Positions 50,764-60,522 are shown, numbered from the stretch's first letter. The stretch is 64,000 nt of DNA from Sulfolobaceae archaeon (GCA_038893355.1 JAWARQ010000002.1:160001-224000), one strand, 5' to 3'. A program made the numbers and translations. Notes: a model not told the origin generated them from the letters alone.

Positions 50764-51531
50764 ATGATCAGGGAAATTTTAAAGTATATTAGAAAATCAG
50801 ATCTCGTAATCGAAGTCATTGATTCCAGAGAACCAGATTTAACTAGATCTAGGTTTATAGAAAATTTCTCCATAAGGGAAGGTAAGAAATTACTAATAGT
50901 ATTAAATAAGGGTGACTTGATACCAGTAAACATACTAGAGAGCTGGAAGAAATATATTGAAGAGAAAGAGGGAATAAACTGTGTGTATATATCTGCAGTT
51001 AAGAGACTAGGTACCAGAGTCTTAAGGAGAAAAATAAGAGATTTAATTAGCCAAGGTAAGGTAATTTTCGTTGGCTACCCCAAGACAGGTAAATCTTCTA
51101 TAATCAATTCGTTAAAAGGTAGGCACTCAGCATCTACTTCACCTCAACCTATGAGTCCAGGTTATACGAAGTCTGTTCAATTATTTAGAATTGATAGTAA
51201 AATATACGCTTGGGATACTCCAGGAGTAATACCACCAGATGGAAATAAGTTTGAAAGAGCAATTAGAGGTGCGAATCCCGATTATATTGAAGATGTAGTA
51301 AAAGTTGCAATAGAGTTAATTTCAAGAGTTGAGACTTATAATCCAGGGATTTTATCCAAGATTTATAAGGTAGAGTATAAGGAACCATTTGAATTGTTAG
51401 AGAAAATTGCAATAAGAAGGGGATGGTATTATAAATTAGATAAAGAGCCAAATATAGAGGAGGCTGCTAAGGTTATAATAAGGGACTATCATGAAGGTAA
51501 GATAGTTTATTATTATCCTCCTCCTTTTTAA
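50764..51531 (+). CDS. circularly permuted GTPase (YlqF/RbgA family)
   Basis: G4-G1-G3 order: NKGD, GYPKTGKSS, DTPG. Confidence 0.9.
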   Translation: MIREILKYIRKSDLVIEVIDSREPDLTRSRFIENFSIREGKKLLIVLNKGDLIPVNILESWKKYIEEKEGINCVYISAVKRLGTRVLRRKIRDLISQGKVIFVGYPKTGKSSIINSLKGRHSASTSPQPMSPGYTKSVQLFRIDSKIYAWDTPGVIPPDGNKFERAIRGANPDYIEDVVKVAIELISRVETYNPGILSKIYKVEYKEPFELLEKIAIRRGWYYKLDKEPNIEEAAKVIIRDYHEGKIVYYYPPPF

Positions 51532-51549
51532 TAAGTTTCAACTCATTTA

Positions 51550-51897
51550 TTAATTATTATTATTAATACATTCACATATCTTTTTTATTGTATCAATATT
51601 TAAATTATTCTCCAATTCACATATCTTTTTACTACGGATAAAGAATACTACTTCCATAATATCATCTGTTTTGAATTTCTCTAATAAATATATCGAAAAT
51701 TTACTAATGAGTTTATTCTCCTCAGTAATATAAATATATCCTAAAATAAAAGATTGTATTAAAATTAAAATTAGTAAAAATATTAAATTAAAATTAATAA
51801 TAAAAAATATTAATAATGTAGACATAATTAATATAATAAATATTTTTCTTAAGTTTATTAATTGATATATCTTTTTCAAGATATACTTGTCACACAC
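51550..51897 (-). CDS. hypothetical membrane protein
   Basis: two hydrophobic helices; very AT-rich ORF. Confidence 0.45.
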   Translation of the reverse strand: MCDKYILKKIYQLINLRKIFIILIMSTLLIFFIINFNLIFLLILILIQSFILGYIYITEENKLISKFSIYLLEKFKTDDIMEVVFFIRSKKICELENNLNIDTIKKICECINNNN

Positions 51898-51965
51898 TAG
51901 GTAGAATTAGATCTTTATAATAAAAAATAATTCTCCTTTCAAATTTTATTTTCATCTGCTCACAG

Positions 51966-52172
51966 TTACTTTTTCTTTTGTTTTTCGTATTGTTCTGCTA
52001 GCTTTATTAGTTCTGGTGGTGCATCCTTCTCGCTAACTGCACCCCTTCCAGTCTTTCCTCCACCTTCATCATAAGTGAAGCTTATCATTTTTCCAACTCT
52101 CCACGCCTTCTTTATTTGACTTGTATCGATCTCTTTCTCCTCACCCTTATACTTGAACTTTACCTTAGCCAT
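51966..52172 (-). CDS. sul7: Sul7d (Sso7d/Sac7d family) chromatin protein
   Basis: [13 protein letters not shown]...[12 protein letters not shown]...[12 protein letters not shown]. Confidence 0.96.
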   Translation of the reverse strand: MAKVKFKYKGEEKEIDTSQIKKAWRVGKMISFTYDEGGGKTGRGAVSEKDAPPELIKLAEQYEKQKKK

Positions 52173-52544
52173 ATGTATAACTTTTAAAAATGAATAAGAA
52201 AGATTACGGCTATAGTTATGGTATTATCTAATTCTAAGTTAATTAAAAAGTAATATTGATAATACATTTTAAGGTTTGGATGTGTAACATCTAAATTCGA
52301 TTTTTAAATATTTAATTCTGAAGATCGAATTTCACTTTATTGAAGATCGAATTAGATCTTTATTATACTATAATAAATTATTTTTAAGTAGATCTTTTGC
52401 TTTAAAAGCGAAAAACTATAGTTTCTATATAAAAGACTTTCTACCGTAATACATACTCTCTGTATTTACTTTGCAATAACTTTAGATAAGTAATAATATT
52501 ATATGTATTAGAAACTTAAGCTTGAGACTTAAGTATTACCATGC

Positions 52545-53444
52545 ATGAAGGTAATACTCGGGGTACCGGATACTCGTATACCAGTATGGGAATTTGGAGT
52601 GCCTATAATGATTAATCAATTATTTTGGGATCTAGTGCCCTGGGATAATGAAACATGGGTAGATTCTGGTGGATATCAGATTCTTATGAGGAAAATAAGT
52701 ATAGATATATTGAATGTTCTTAAAAAGTATAAAACTCTAGATGCTGAAGTATACATGAGTTTAGATATACCATCTGAACCTTGTAAGAATATGGATGAGC
52801 GAAATATTAAGAATTTTGAATTTCTATATTCTAATCTAGGCAAGAAGGTTATTCCGGTAATTCATGGGTATTTGCCGAGTGAAATTGATAAGGCTCTAGA
52901 TTTCTATAAGAGTTATTCTGATACTATCGCTTTTGGCGGAATTGTTCCACCTTCTTTAGGCAGGGTTAGCGGAAGAAGAATTATGATGTTAATGTATCAC
53001 TATCTGAGAAAAAAAGTAAAGTTTATTCACGTATTAGGCGCAGGTTCGCCCTTTATGAGAAAGGTTTTCTTTAATGCAGATAGCGTTGATACAGCGAGCT
53101 ATAGGATAAAGGCAGTAAATGGATTAGTGATAATCCCTGGTAAAGGTGAAAGATATGTAGGGGATAGAAAGATTATTTGGAAAGCTAGAAGAGCGAGTAG
53201 TGAAGAACTTGAAGAATTATTTTCGTTTCTTGATAAAACTAGATTTCCTTTCCCTATAAATATTAATAATTGGATCAGTAGAGCATTAATTAATGCATGG
53301 GTTATGTTAAATAGCGAGTATAGTGATGATGAATATTTTTTAATAAGAGAATCAAGAGCTTTATCACGATTGAGTGAAGATGAATTAGCGGAGGAGATAA
53401 TGAATGAGTGTATGTCAAGAACTAGAAAGAGAATTAGGAATTAA
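52545..53444 (+). CDS. short tRNA-guanine transglycosylase-like protein (TGT/DpdA-like)
   Basis: DSGGYQ, LDIP, PVIHG, AFGG, IHVLG, ADSVD; no CxCxxC Zn site or PUA domain seen. Confidence 0.8.
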   Translation: MKVILGVPDTRIPVWEFGVPIMINQLFWDLVPWDNETWVDSGGYQILMRKISIDILNVLKKYKTLDAEVYMSLDIPSEPCKNMDERNIKNFEFLYSNLGKKVIPVIHGYLPSEIDKALDFYKSYSDTIAFGGIVPPSLGRVSGRRIMMLMYHYLRKKVKFIHVLGAGSPFMRKVFFNADSVDTASYRIKAVNGLVIIPGKGERYVGDRKIIWKARRASSEELEELFSFLDKTRFPFPININNWISRALINAWVMLNSEYSDDEYFLIRESRALSRLSEDELAEEIMNECMSRTRKRIRN

Positions 53445-53970
53445 GGAGAAAGTAAAATTAGTCAAGTCTAGAGATATTGATTTATTTCAACACCCTATTG
53501 TTAGGTCTTGGCATAATTATATACTATATAAATGGTTCTCAAATAAGCCATATGCCTTACTCTTACCTTGTACTTCCATAAAGCCTTATTCACTTTCACG
53601 AACCCATAAAGCAGCATACTCCATATTAAAAAAGTCAGGAAGAGAAAGCGAGGTTCAAGTATATTCAATTTCGGAACCTATGTTACTAGTTCCTAGAGAG
53701 TTCGAGGAGTGTTATCCATTTAATAATTATGATTACCCTCCACATCTTATGAGTGATGAAGAGAAAGAAGAATTCATTTCATTATTAATAGAACCATTAA
53801 AGAGGATAAGTGGTATGCATAAGAAGGTTTTGGGAGTACTACCTAAACATCACTACGAAATAGTAAAGAAGGCTTCTGAGATTGCTAAATTGAACATAGA
53901 ATTAATAGCCTATGGTAGATTACCCTTTAAGAGTATATCATTAGGGATTCGAAAGCTTATTTTTGAGTAA
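53404..53970 (+). CDS. ArcS-core / DUF5591 protein (archaeosine synthase-like)
   Basis: LLLPCTSIKPYSLSRTH, SEP.LLVPRE, YDYP. Confidence 0.8.
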   Translation: MSVCQELERELGIKEKVKLVKSRDIDLFQHPIVRSWHNYILYKWFSNKPYALLLPCTSIKPYSLSRTHKAAYSILKKSGRESEVQVYSISEPMLLVPREFEECYPFNNYDYPPHLMSDEEKEEFISLLIEPLKRISGMHKKVLGVLPKHHYEIVKKASEIAKLNIELIAYGRLPFKSISLGIRKLIFE

Positions 53971-54049
53971 TACTAATTAAATTTTTATTGAAACTCTAGT
54001 ATTATTAATGTAAAGAATTTTTATTTTAATGTTAAGAGGAAAGTAGTAT

Positions 54050-55681
54050 ATGGAATTAACTGAAGGAGAAGTAATTGGAATTATATTAGAAAAGACTGAG
54101 AGCACTTCAATTAGATGTTTAATAAGCGGTAAACATGAAATAAATATAGGTCAACTATTAATAATACAAGACGAAAATAAAATCTCGTTAACAAGGGTAG
54201 AGAGTTATGAATACCTAAATGAATTTTACGATGAAGAAGCAGAAATTACAAGAGCGCTAATAAAAGATAGTATTTATTTGAGTGAACTATTAAATACTAA
54301 TACAGTTATTAAGGCTAATTTAAGTTTAATTAAAAAATATAATCATTCATCTTATCCTAAACCTGGTTCTTTAGTGAGGAAATTGCCAGAATACTATAGC
54401 CAGTCGACTCTTCTTCTGAAACTTTATGATATTTCAACCTTAGATGGATACATAACATATGGTACATTAGCAGGATCTAAGATACCCTTGTTACTAGATC
54501 TAAATGCAATTAGCATGCATGTTGGAATTTTTGGAGAAACTGGAAGCGGAAAGAGTTATAATACTAGATATCTAATACACCTTCTATCTAATATAACTGT
54601 TAATTCTAAGATAACTGCATTACCAATGATAATAATAGATGCTAATGGTGATTATATCGATTTAGTTTATAATAATAGAGATCTAGTAAATAAAGGGAGA
54701 AAATACATAAAGAGGTTTGTTATAAGATCACAAAATTCTAGATTGTTAGAAAATGATATAAGACTGACTTTAGACCTATCATTATTCTCTCCAAGAGATT
54801 TAGCAGAGTTTATACTCTCTCTAAAGTATGGCGAAATTTCTAATGCAAGCTTACAGATAAACTTATTGGAATACGTATTAAATAATAAAGACCCTAGGGA
54901 GTATAATTATATTTTAGGATCTGAACAAGGTATTGTAATTCTACAGAACGAGATCACGGAACTAGTAAGGGATAATAAAGAGCTAGGTTTTACATACTCT
55001 ACAGCTAGGGCAGTAAATAGTGCTCTAGAAATTTTTAAAAATAAAATTATAAAAAAATTAAATTTAATTAATTATAATTCAACATTTAATGAAAATTTTT
55101 TAGAATTCTTATGGAGAAATAGAGGTTTAGTAATAGTAGATTTTTCAGCAGATGGCTCACCGGGGGTAGATGTTACAGTTAAGCAATTTATTGTGAGCTA
55201 CATATCGAGAATATTATTTAATTATCTTACTCTTACGAAGTATTCAGGTTCGCAAAAGTATATTGCCCTAGTTATAGAGGAGGCTCAAAATTATATACCA
55301 TCTAAAGATTATCCAATTGTAACAAATCTTGCAAAGGATTCATTAGTTACATTAGCGACTCAAGGTAGGAAATTCGGTGCATGCTTATTTTTAGTAAGCC
55401 AAAGGCCTGCATTCATAGATAAATATGTGCTCTCCATGTTAAATACATTCTTCTTTCATAGAATGTATCATGAGGATATAAGATACGTTATTTCAGCTAC
55501 CGGTGGTATTTCTGAATCTTTAGTAAGGATATTAAGTAATCTAGAAACTGGTTATGTAATAGTTTCAGGGGTTATGAATGCTTTAAGGTCCCCAGTCTTA
55601 GTCAAAATACCTTGGATGTATAACCTGGGTAATTATACTGGTGCTGTGGAAAGGGTAGAAAAAGTACTTACATCAGATTAA
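54050..55681 (+). CDS. HerA-family helicase/translocase (paralog)
   Basis: HAS-barrel-like N-terminus, HVGIFGETGSGKS, IIDANGDY, IEEAQNY, QGRKFG, VSQRP. Confidence 0.9.
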   Translation: MELTEGEVIGIILEKTESTSIRCLISGKHEINIGQLLIIQDENKISLTRVESYEYLNEFYDEEAEITRALIKDSIYLSELLNTNTVIKANLSLIKKYNHSSYPKPGSLVRKLPEYYSQSTLLLKLYDISTLDGYITYGTLAGSKIPLLLDLNAISMHVGIFGETGSGKSYNTRYLIHLLSNITVNSKITALPMIIIDANGDYIDLVYNNRDLVNKGRKYIKRFVIRSQNSRLLENDIRLTLDLSLFSPRDLAEFILSLKYGEISNASLQINLLEYVLNNKDPREYNYILGSEQGIVILQNEITELVRDNKELGFTYSTARAVNSALEIFKNKIIKKLNLINYNSTFNENFLEFLWRNRGLVIVDFSADGSPGVDVTVKQFIVSYISRILFNYLTLTKYSGSQKYIALVIEEAQNYIPSKDYPIVTNLAKDSLVTLATQGRKFGACLFLVSQRPAFIDKYVLSMLNTFFFHRMYHEDIRYVISATGGISESLVRILSNLETGYVIVSGVMNALRSPVLVKIPWMYNLGNYTGAVERVEKVLTSD

Positions 55682-55692
55682 TTTAAAAATTT

Positions 55693-58600
55693 ATGATAAG
55701 AGAGGGAACTGTGGTTTGTAAAAAGAGAATAAGTGAGACTTCTGCAATTAGTGAAACTATATATAGGATATTTCAATGTGTTAGCTCTTCAACTAGGTAT
55801 ATTGATAGGCTAAAATTTGTAAGAACTGTTCTAGATGAAGTGAAAAGGCTCGAATCGAATAGAGAATCTCCAGAGATAGTAGTAATTAAGGCAGATTGGG
55901 GTGTTGGTAAATCGACTTTTCTTAATTTAATACAAGAATTTATACAAAATAAAGTAAATTATAGAAAAATCGAGTTTTTAGAACTTTTAAGAAGATCAAT
56001 TAACGTGAGGGAGTTCACAGATGGAATATATTTAATAGATGAAGTAGAGAGTGCAATTGATGATGCTGTAAAGGAGGAATATAAGGACAAGATTGTCAAT
56101 TTCTGGCTAGGGTTAAAGGAACTCTCTAATTCTAGAGGGGGCTCAATTATTTACCTCTCCATGACGCCTACCGCTTACTATAAAATTTTTGGCCCTGGAG
56201 GTCTCTTACAAACGTTATTTACTGAAACATACCCTGCTTTTAGAGAAAGGATTAGGACAATAGAAATTGACCCACCAAATAAATTGGAATTTATATTAAT
56301 AATTAACTGTTTAATGAAATTTAACGAAATCTATGATACTAGATTTTTAAGATATCTTGACCTTGCGTATTTTGTTACAAGAGTAGATAGAAGGAGATAT
56401 ATTAGATTATTTAACGATATAATATGTAATACGTATCCGGATATTCTAAAATTTTTTAATGAAATAGCAAGAGGAAAAGTTGATTTAAATGATGAAGGAG
56501 AGACTGTTAAGATTAGTGAATTAGCCAAGTTAGAAAAGTTGGCAAAATCTGATATAGAAGTTAAAAAGCTCTATTCCGCCCTTCTTGCAAGAATCATTAA
56601 CGATGATGAAGTGCCTAAGATAATGGAGGGAAGCTTTATTAAAGGTGTAATTATCCCATACTCTGACTGGATTGTACTTGTGAGGGAGTATAACATAGAT
56701 CCTAGAGTTGAGGATTTCCTTATTACAATTGTTTGTGAAGATAATGAAGATGAGATAGAGAGTTGTATTAAGGTTTTTGTCACTGATAGGATAAGAGAAA
56801 TTTTACCAGAATCTATTGAATATGAAAATTATGAGCTAAAGTTTAAAGATATACTTAATATAGTAAAAAGTAAAAAATACGTTTATGCTTTAAAGTGGTC
56901 AGAGTTTAGTAACCTTGTGAATACTAATGTAGAGGAGTATATAATTGAAGTTAAGGATAAAAATTTATTGGAAAAAATAAATAAATTTATAAATCAGTAT
57001 TTATTAAGAATTGATAAAGAACTGGAAGGAATCTATCTATTTATAAGATATATTACTGGGAAAGATGTGAAATTTTACAAATACTCAAACTCTTCAATAG
57101 AGATTAGGCTTGATAAATATCGTATAATTTTAGCGGATATTACTTCACGCAGTGAATATGAGGATTTATTAAATAGAATAATAGTAGATAACGAGATAAT
57201 AGATGGTATTTTACTAATAAATAATGAATTTATTAATTCAAATATAGAAGTAATTAATAAATTATCAAAAATTTGTAACGAACTATCAATATCCTTGAGG
57301 ATAATTAATATACCCATTTCTAAAAAGAAGCAGATACTTTATTTCCTAATTTTAGATTTTTATAAAGATAAAATAATATTAAAAGATAAAAATGTAGAAA
57401 AAATATTAGGTAAAATAAAGGAGGAGATAATTAGTTTTATAGAGGATGTGGAGAAAAAGAGGAGAATTATAGAGTTACCCCTTTTAAAGGGCGGAAAGAG
57501 AATCGATTCTTCTATTAATTGGATCTTATTTTATCCTGGACTGGCGATGGCTACTATTGAAGATGTATTCAATACTGTTAACGAGATAGTAAACGAGAAA
57601 TTTAGAATTTATGGTTCTAAGCAATTTAGATTAGAAGATTTCGAAACGGAGAGAGTATTAAAGGACGAACTGATTCCCTATTTTTCAAAAAATGGTATTA
57701 TAAAATATTACAATGGTCTCTTAGATTTCCAAGACCTTCTGGGAGAAGATTTTAAAGTTTTTACAAAAAACTTTGCAGGATATTTAAAGCAGGTCTATAA
57801 ATCTAATTTAAGTAAAATATTATTTAATTACATATTATATATTTCTGGTCTATCGCAAGATAAAAGTTTTAAGAATTTTGAAAATACTGTAGAGAAATTA
57901 TATTCAAAATCTGCAACTGTTGAGTTTTTATCTTATTTAGCAATTGCCTCTGGTGAATTAATAAGAGTAATATTTGATTTAGAGGTTGTTCAGAGGCTAA
58001 AAGACCACATAGATGGAATTGTTAAAAAAATTGAGTATGTTAACGAGAGATTTGGTATCTTCCTAACTGTAAAGAAGAGGGACGTAGGTTTAAGAAGTCT
58101 TAAAGAGATGAGAACTGTGCTATTAACATACAAGCATTTAATAGATGAAGCTTATTCAAAACAAGATATTCAAAATTTTGTAAGATTATCAATAGTATTT
58201 TTATATTTATATAATTTATATAATGAGCAAATAATTAAAACTGAAGAATCAATAATTAAAATTAATAATATAATATCAAATATAAATAGAAAATTCTCTA
58301 ATTTGTCAGAGGTAAAGAAGTTTTTGGGTGTTAATGATGAATTAGAGGAGGAAAAGAAGATAATGGAGGTTTTAGAGAAAGTTAGTAAATACGATGCTGA
58401 AGATATTAAAAGAGTTTTAACAAGTTTAGAACCAGAAGATTTAAGAAGTAAATTAATAGAGAAAGTGTTGGAAGGCGAAAATAACAATACTAATTTATTT
58501 TTGATAATTTGTAAATTAATAGAGAAAGTGTTGGAAGGCGAAAGGTTTGTGATACCAAAAGGCTTAAACGGTACTATATTTAGCGAAATTAGTAACTTAA

Positions 58601-58764
58601 GCGATATTGGAAATAAGATTTCTCAAGTTTTTTCATTATATGAAGAGATAAAGTTAAATAATCCTAAAATAAGAGAATTAATGCTAACAATAGAATTGAA
58701 AAAGAGAAAGGTGAATGAATTAATGGAAAATATAAAGAGAAAGGTGAATGAATTTGAATATTGA
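55693..58764 (+). CDS. large P-loop ATPase with long helical/coiled-coil C-terminus
   Basis: ADWGVGKST Walker A-like and YLIDEVE Walker B near the N-terminus; 1023 aa. Confidence 0.7.
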   Translation: MIREGTVVCKKRISETSAISETIYRIFQCVSSSTRYIDRLKFVRTVLDEVKRLESNRESPEIVVIKADWGVGKSTFLNLIQEFIQNKVNYRKIEFLELLRRSINVREFTDGIYLIDEVESAIDDAVKEEYKDKIVNFWLGLKELSNSRGGSIIYLSMTPTAYYKIFGPGGLLQTLFTETYPAFRERIRTIEIDPPNKLEFILIINCLMKFNEIYDTRFLRYLDLAYFVTRVDRRRYIRLFNDIICNTYPDILKFFNEIARGKVDLNDEGETVKISELAKLEKLAKSDIEVKKLYSALLARIINDDEVPKIMEGSFIKGVIIPYSDWIVLVREYNIDPRVEDFLITIVCEDNEDEIESCIKVFVTDRIREILPESIEYENYELKFKDILNIVKSKKYVYALKWSEFSNLVNTNVEEYIIEVKDKNLLEKINKFINQYLLRIDKELEGIYLFIRYITGKDVKFYKYSNSSIEIRLDKYRIILADITSRSEYEDLLNRIIVDNEIIDGILLINNEFINSNIEVINKLSKICNELSISLRIINIPISKKKQILYFLILDFYKDKIILKDKNVEKILGKIKEEIISFIEDVEKKRRIIELPLLKGGKRIDSSINWILFYPGLAMATIEDVFNTVNEIVNEKFRIYGSKQFRLEDFETERVLKDELIPYFSKNGIIKYYNGLLDFQDLLGEDFKVFTKNFAGYLKQVYKSNLSKILFNYILYISGLSQDKSFKNFENTVEKLYSKSATVEFLSYLAIASGELIRVIFDLEVVQRLKDHIDGIVKKIEYVNERFGIFLTVKKRDVGLRSLKEMRTVLLTYKHLIDEAYSKQDIQNFVRLSIVFLYLYNLYNEQIIKTEESIIKINNIISNINRKFSNLSEVKKFLGVNDELEEEKKIMEVLEKVSKYDAEDIKRVLTSLEPEDLRSKLIEKVLEGENNNTNLFLIICKLIEKVLEGERFVIPKGLNGTIFSEISNLSDIGNKISQVFSLYEEIKLNNPKIRELMLTIELKKRKVNELMENIKRKVNEFEY

Positions 58765-59455
58765 CTATTTAAATTACAAGCTCTCAATGTTAAAGAACGA
58801 GACAGACTTTTCAAAATTAAAGGAAGAAGATAGTAGACTTACTCTAGCTATAGATAAGCTAAATAGATCTATAGAACTAATAGATAATATTAAGCAACTA
58901 TTACAAGAATTAAGAAAATTTGTAAAAGAGTTATATAAAGTAGATCCAAAAGTGGAAGAAGAGTATAAATTCATTCTTTCCGACCTAAAGGGAATCTTGA
59001 ATTATAATGATCCCGAAGTTATATATTTAAAACTAGATGAAATATATAATAAATTAATAAAAAATTTAAAATATTTTAAAGATTTAAAAGTTAAATATTT
59101 AGATAATATTAAATCTGAAATTAGGTTAATAAATCAAAAACTTCTTATTTATCAGAAAATATATATAAAAATAATCAATAAGGAAATAGATATTAAGTTT
59201 TTCAGTGAGGAACTTGATAATGTTGAAGATTTGTTAAGGATTAGAGAAGAGGCATTAAATAAGTTGAAAGAGTTACACTATTTGACTGTTCAAGAATTAA
59301 AATCGATATCGGATATGAACGAGGAAGAACTCGAGTTAATTATACAATTATTAGATAAAGGAGAAATAAAAATAAATAAAAGAAATATAAATAAAGTAAT
59401 AAAAGTAATAAAATTATTGATCGAAAAGGGGTTAAATTTACAGGTGAAATTATGA
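58748..59455 (+). CDS. coiled-coil hypothetical protein
   Basis: heptad-rich helical sequence; overlaps both neighbours. Confidence 0.7.
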   Translation: MNLNIDYLNYKLSMLKNETDFSKLKEEDSRLTLAIDKLNRSIELIDNIKQLLQELRKFVKELYKVDPKVEEEYKFILSDLKGILNYNDPEVIYLKLDEIYNKLIKNLKYFKDLKVKYLDNIKSEIRLINQKLLIYQKIYIKIINKEIDIKFFSEELDNVEDLLRIREEALNKLKELHYLTVQELKSISDMNEEELELIIQLLDKGEIKINKRNINKVIKVIKLLIEKGLNLQVKL

Positions 59456-60522
59456 TCAAAGATATCGTAGAAAAAATAGAAATGATTGCAAAAAAAGAAG
59501 CAGAAAATAGAAGAAGTATTTTATCACAAATTGAGTTATTATATGATGATATTACTAATGAAAACCTTCATCTTAAATTTATTGAAATAAGAAATGAGGA
59601 CGTAAGAGATCATATCGCATGTGGAGTTGATGGGAGTAAATATGAAGTTGAGTTAGAGGATGTAACTATCGTATTAGCAAAATCGGTTATAGTTGAAGGT
59701 GATTATACCTCTCGGAGGGCAGTTCCTAAGCATCTTAAGGAAGATTTCAAAATTTTAGGAAATCATTACGGTAAAGTCAATATTACTAATAGCTCTACAT
59801 TGTTAATGTTGGATCTAGAGACTAACATGCTTGAAAAGTGTGAAGAATGTAATGTCATATTTATTGATGGACCTATTATTGAGCCACCGTACTATAACTC
59901 AAATGAAATTAAAATTGAAGGATTTCCTAATTTCAATGATTTAGTAAAATATAGAGCGAAAATTATAAAAAAATTAAAAAATACTAAAAATATAATAGGA
60001 ATAGTTAAGAATTTTTATCATAGGTTTCTCATTAATCTTCTAGTGGATGAAGGGTATAGAAAATTAATGCATGCAAGGGAATCATATTTAGTAAATAATT
60101 TATTTATGAAGTACAGAAATGAAAATAAATATCAAGGTACTTTATTATTAGGTATAATAAATTGGGATGATGTAAAACAAAAGATAAAGTTAAGCGATCT
60201 AGAATTTTTACTAGATGTATACTTGAAATATAAGAACGAGGATATGAGTATTAGCGTAAGTAGTTTATACTTTCAATTAAATACAATATCTCCTATAGTT
60301 AGGATAGATTTAATACGAAGTAGTAGCGATGAGGAGATTATTTCGCAATTAAATTACGTAAAGGTATGGAGTGTTAGTGGAATTAGGGAAGTTACGCTTC
60401 TCACTAAATTAGCTGATGAATATTCTTCCATAACTTCTAAAGATGCAGAAAATTATATTAAATTATTTAAATTATTTTATAACAGTGAATATAATAAAAA
60501 TATCAATATTTTAAAAGTTTAA
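59452..60522 (+). CDS. NurA-family nuclease (paralog)
   Basis: CGVDGS and IFIDGP catalytic Asp motifs, IIGIVK, LADEYS. Confidence 0.85.
   Translation: MIKDIVEKIEMIAKKEAENRRSILSQIELLYDDITNENLHLKFIEIRNEDVRDHIACGVDGSKYEVELEDVTIVLAKSVIVEGDYTSRRAVPKHLKEDFKILGNHYGKVNITNSSTLLMLDLETNMLEKCEECNVIFIDGPIIEPPYYNSNEIKIEGFPNFNDLVKYRAKIIKKLKNTKNIIGIVKNFYHRFLINLLVDEGYRKLMHARESYLVNNLFMKYRNENKYQGTLLLGIINWDDVKQKIKLSDLEFLLDVYLKYKNEDMSISVSSLYFQLNTISPIVRIDLIRSSSDEEIISQLNYVKVWSVSGIREVTLLTKLADEYSSITSKDAENYIKLFKLFYNSEYNKNINILKV

Noticed and set aside
52320-52352. TGAAGATCGAATT repeated twice upstream of sul7
   Set aside because: Only a 13-bp pair; could be regulatory, but there is no further support.
53971-54049. 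UV/DNA-damage-responsive element upstream of the herA paralog
   Set aside because: Only a 6-7-nt AGTTTC-like match, not distinguishable from chance.
56331-58974. Several short minus-strand ORFs, and similar 60-105-aa ORFs nested in genes throughout the window
   Set aside because: Shadow ORFs typical of AT-rich coding DNA (S/I/L/F-rich, no motifs).
55693-59455. Mre11/Rad50 or Wadjet (JetABCD) assignment
   Set aside because: No phosphoesterase motifs, Zn hook, C-terminal ABC signature/Walker B or Toprim nuclease recognised.
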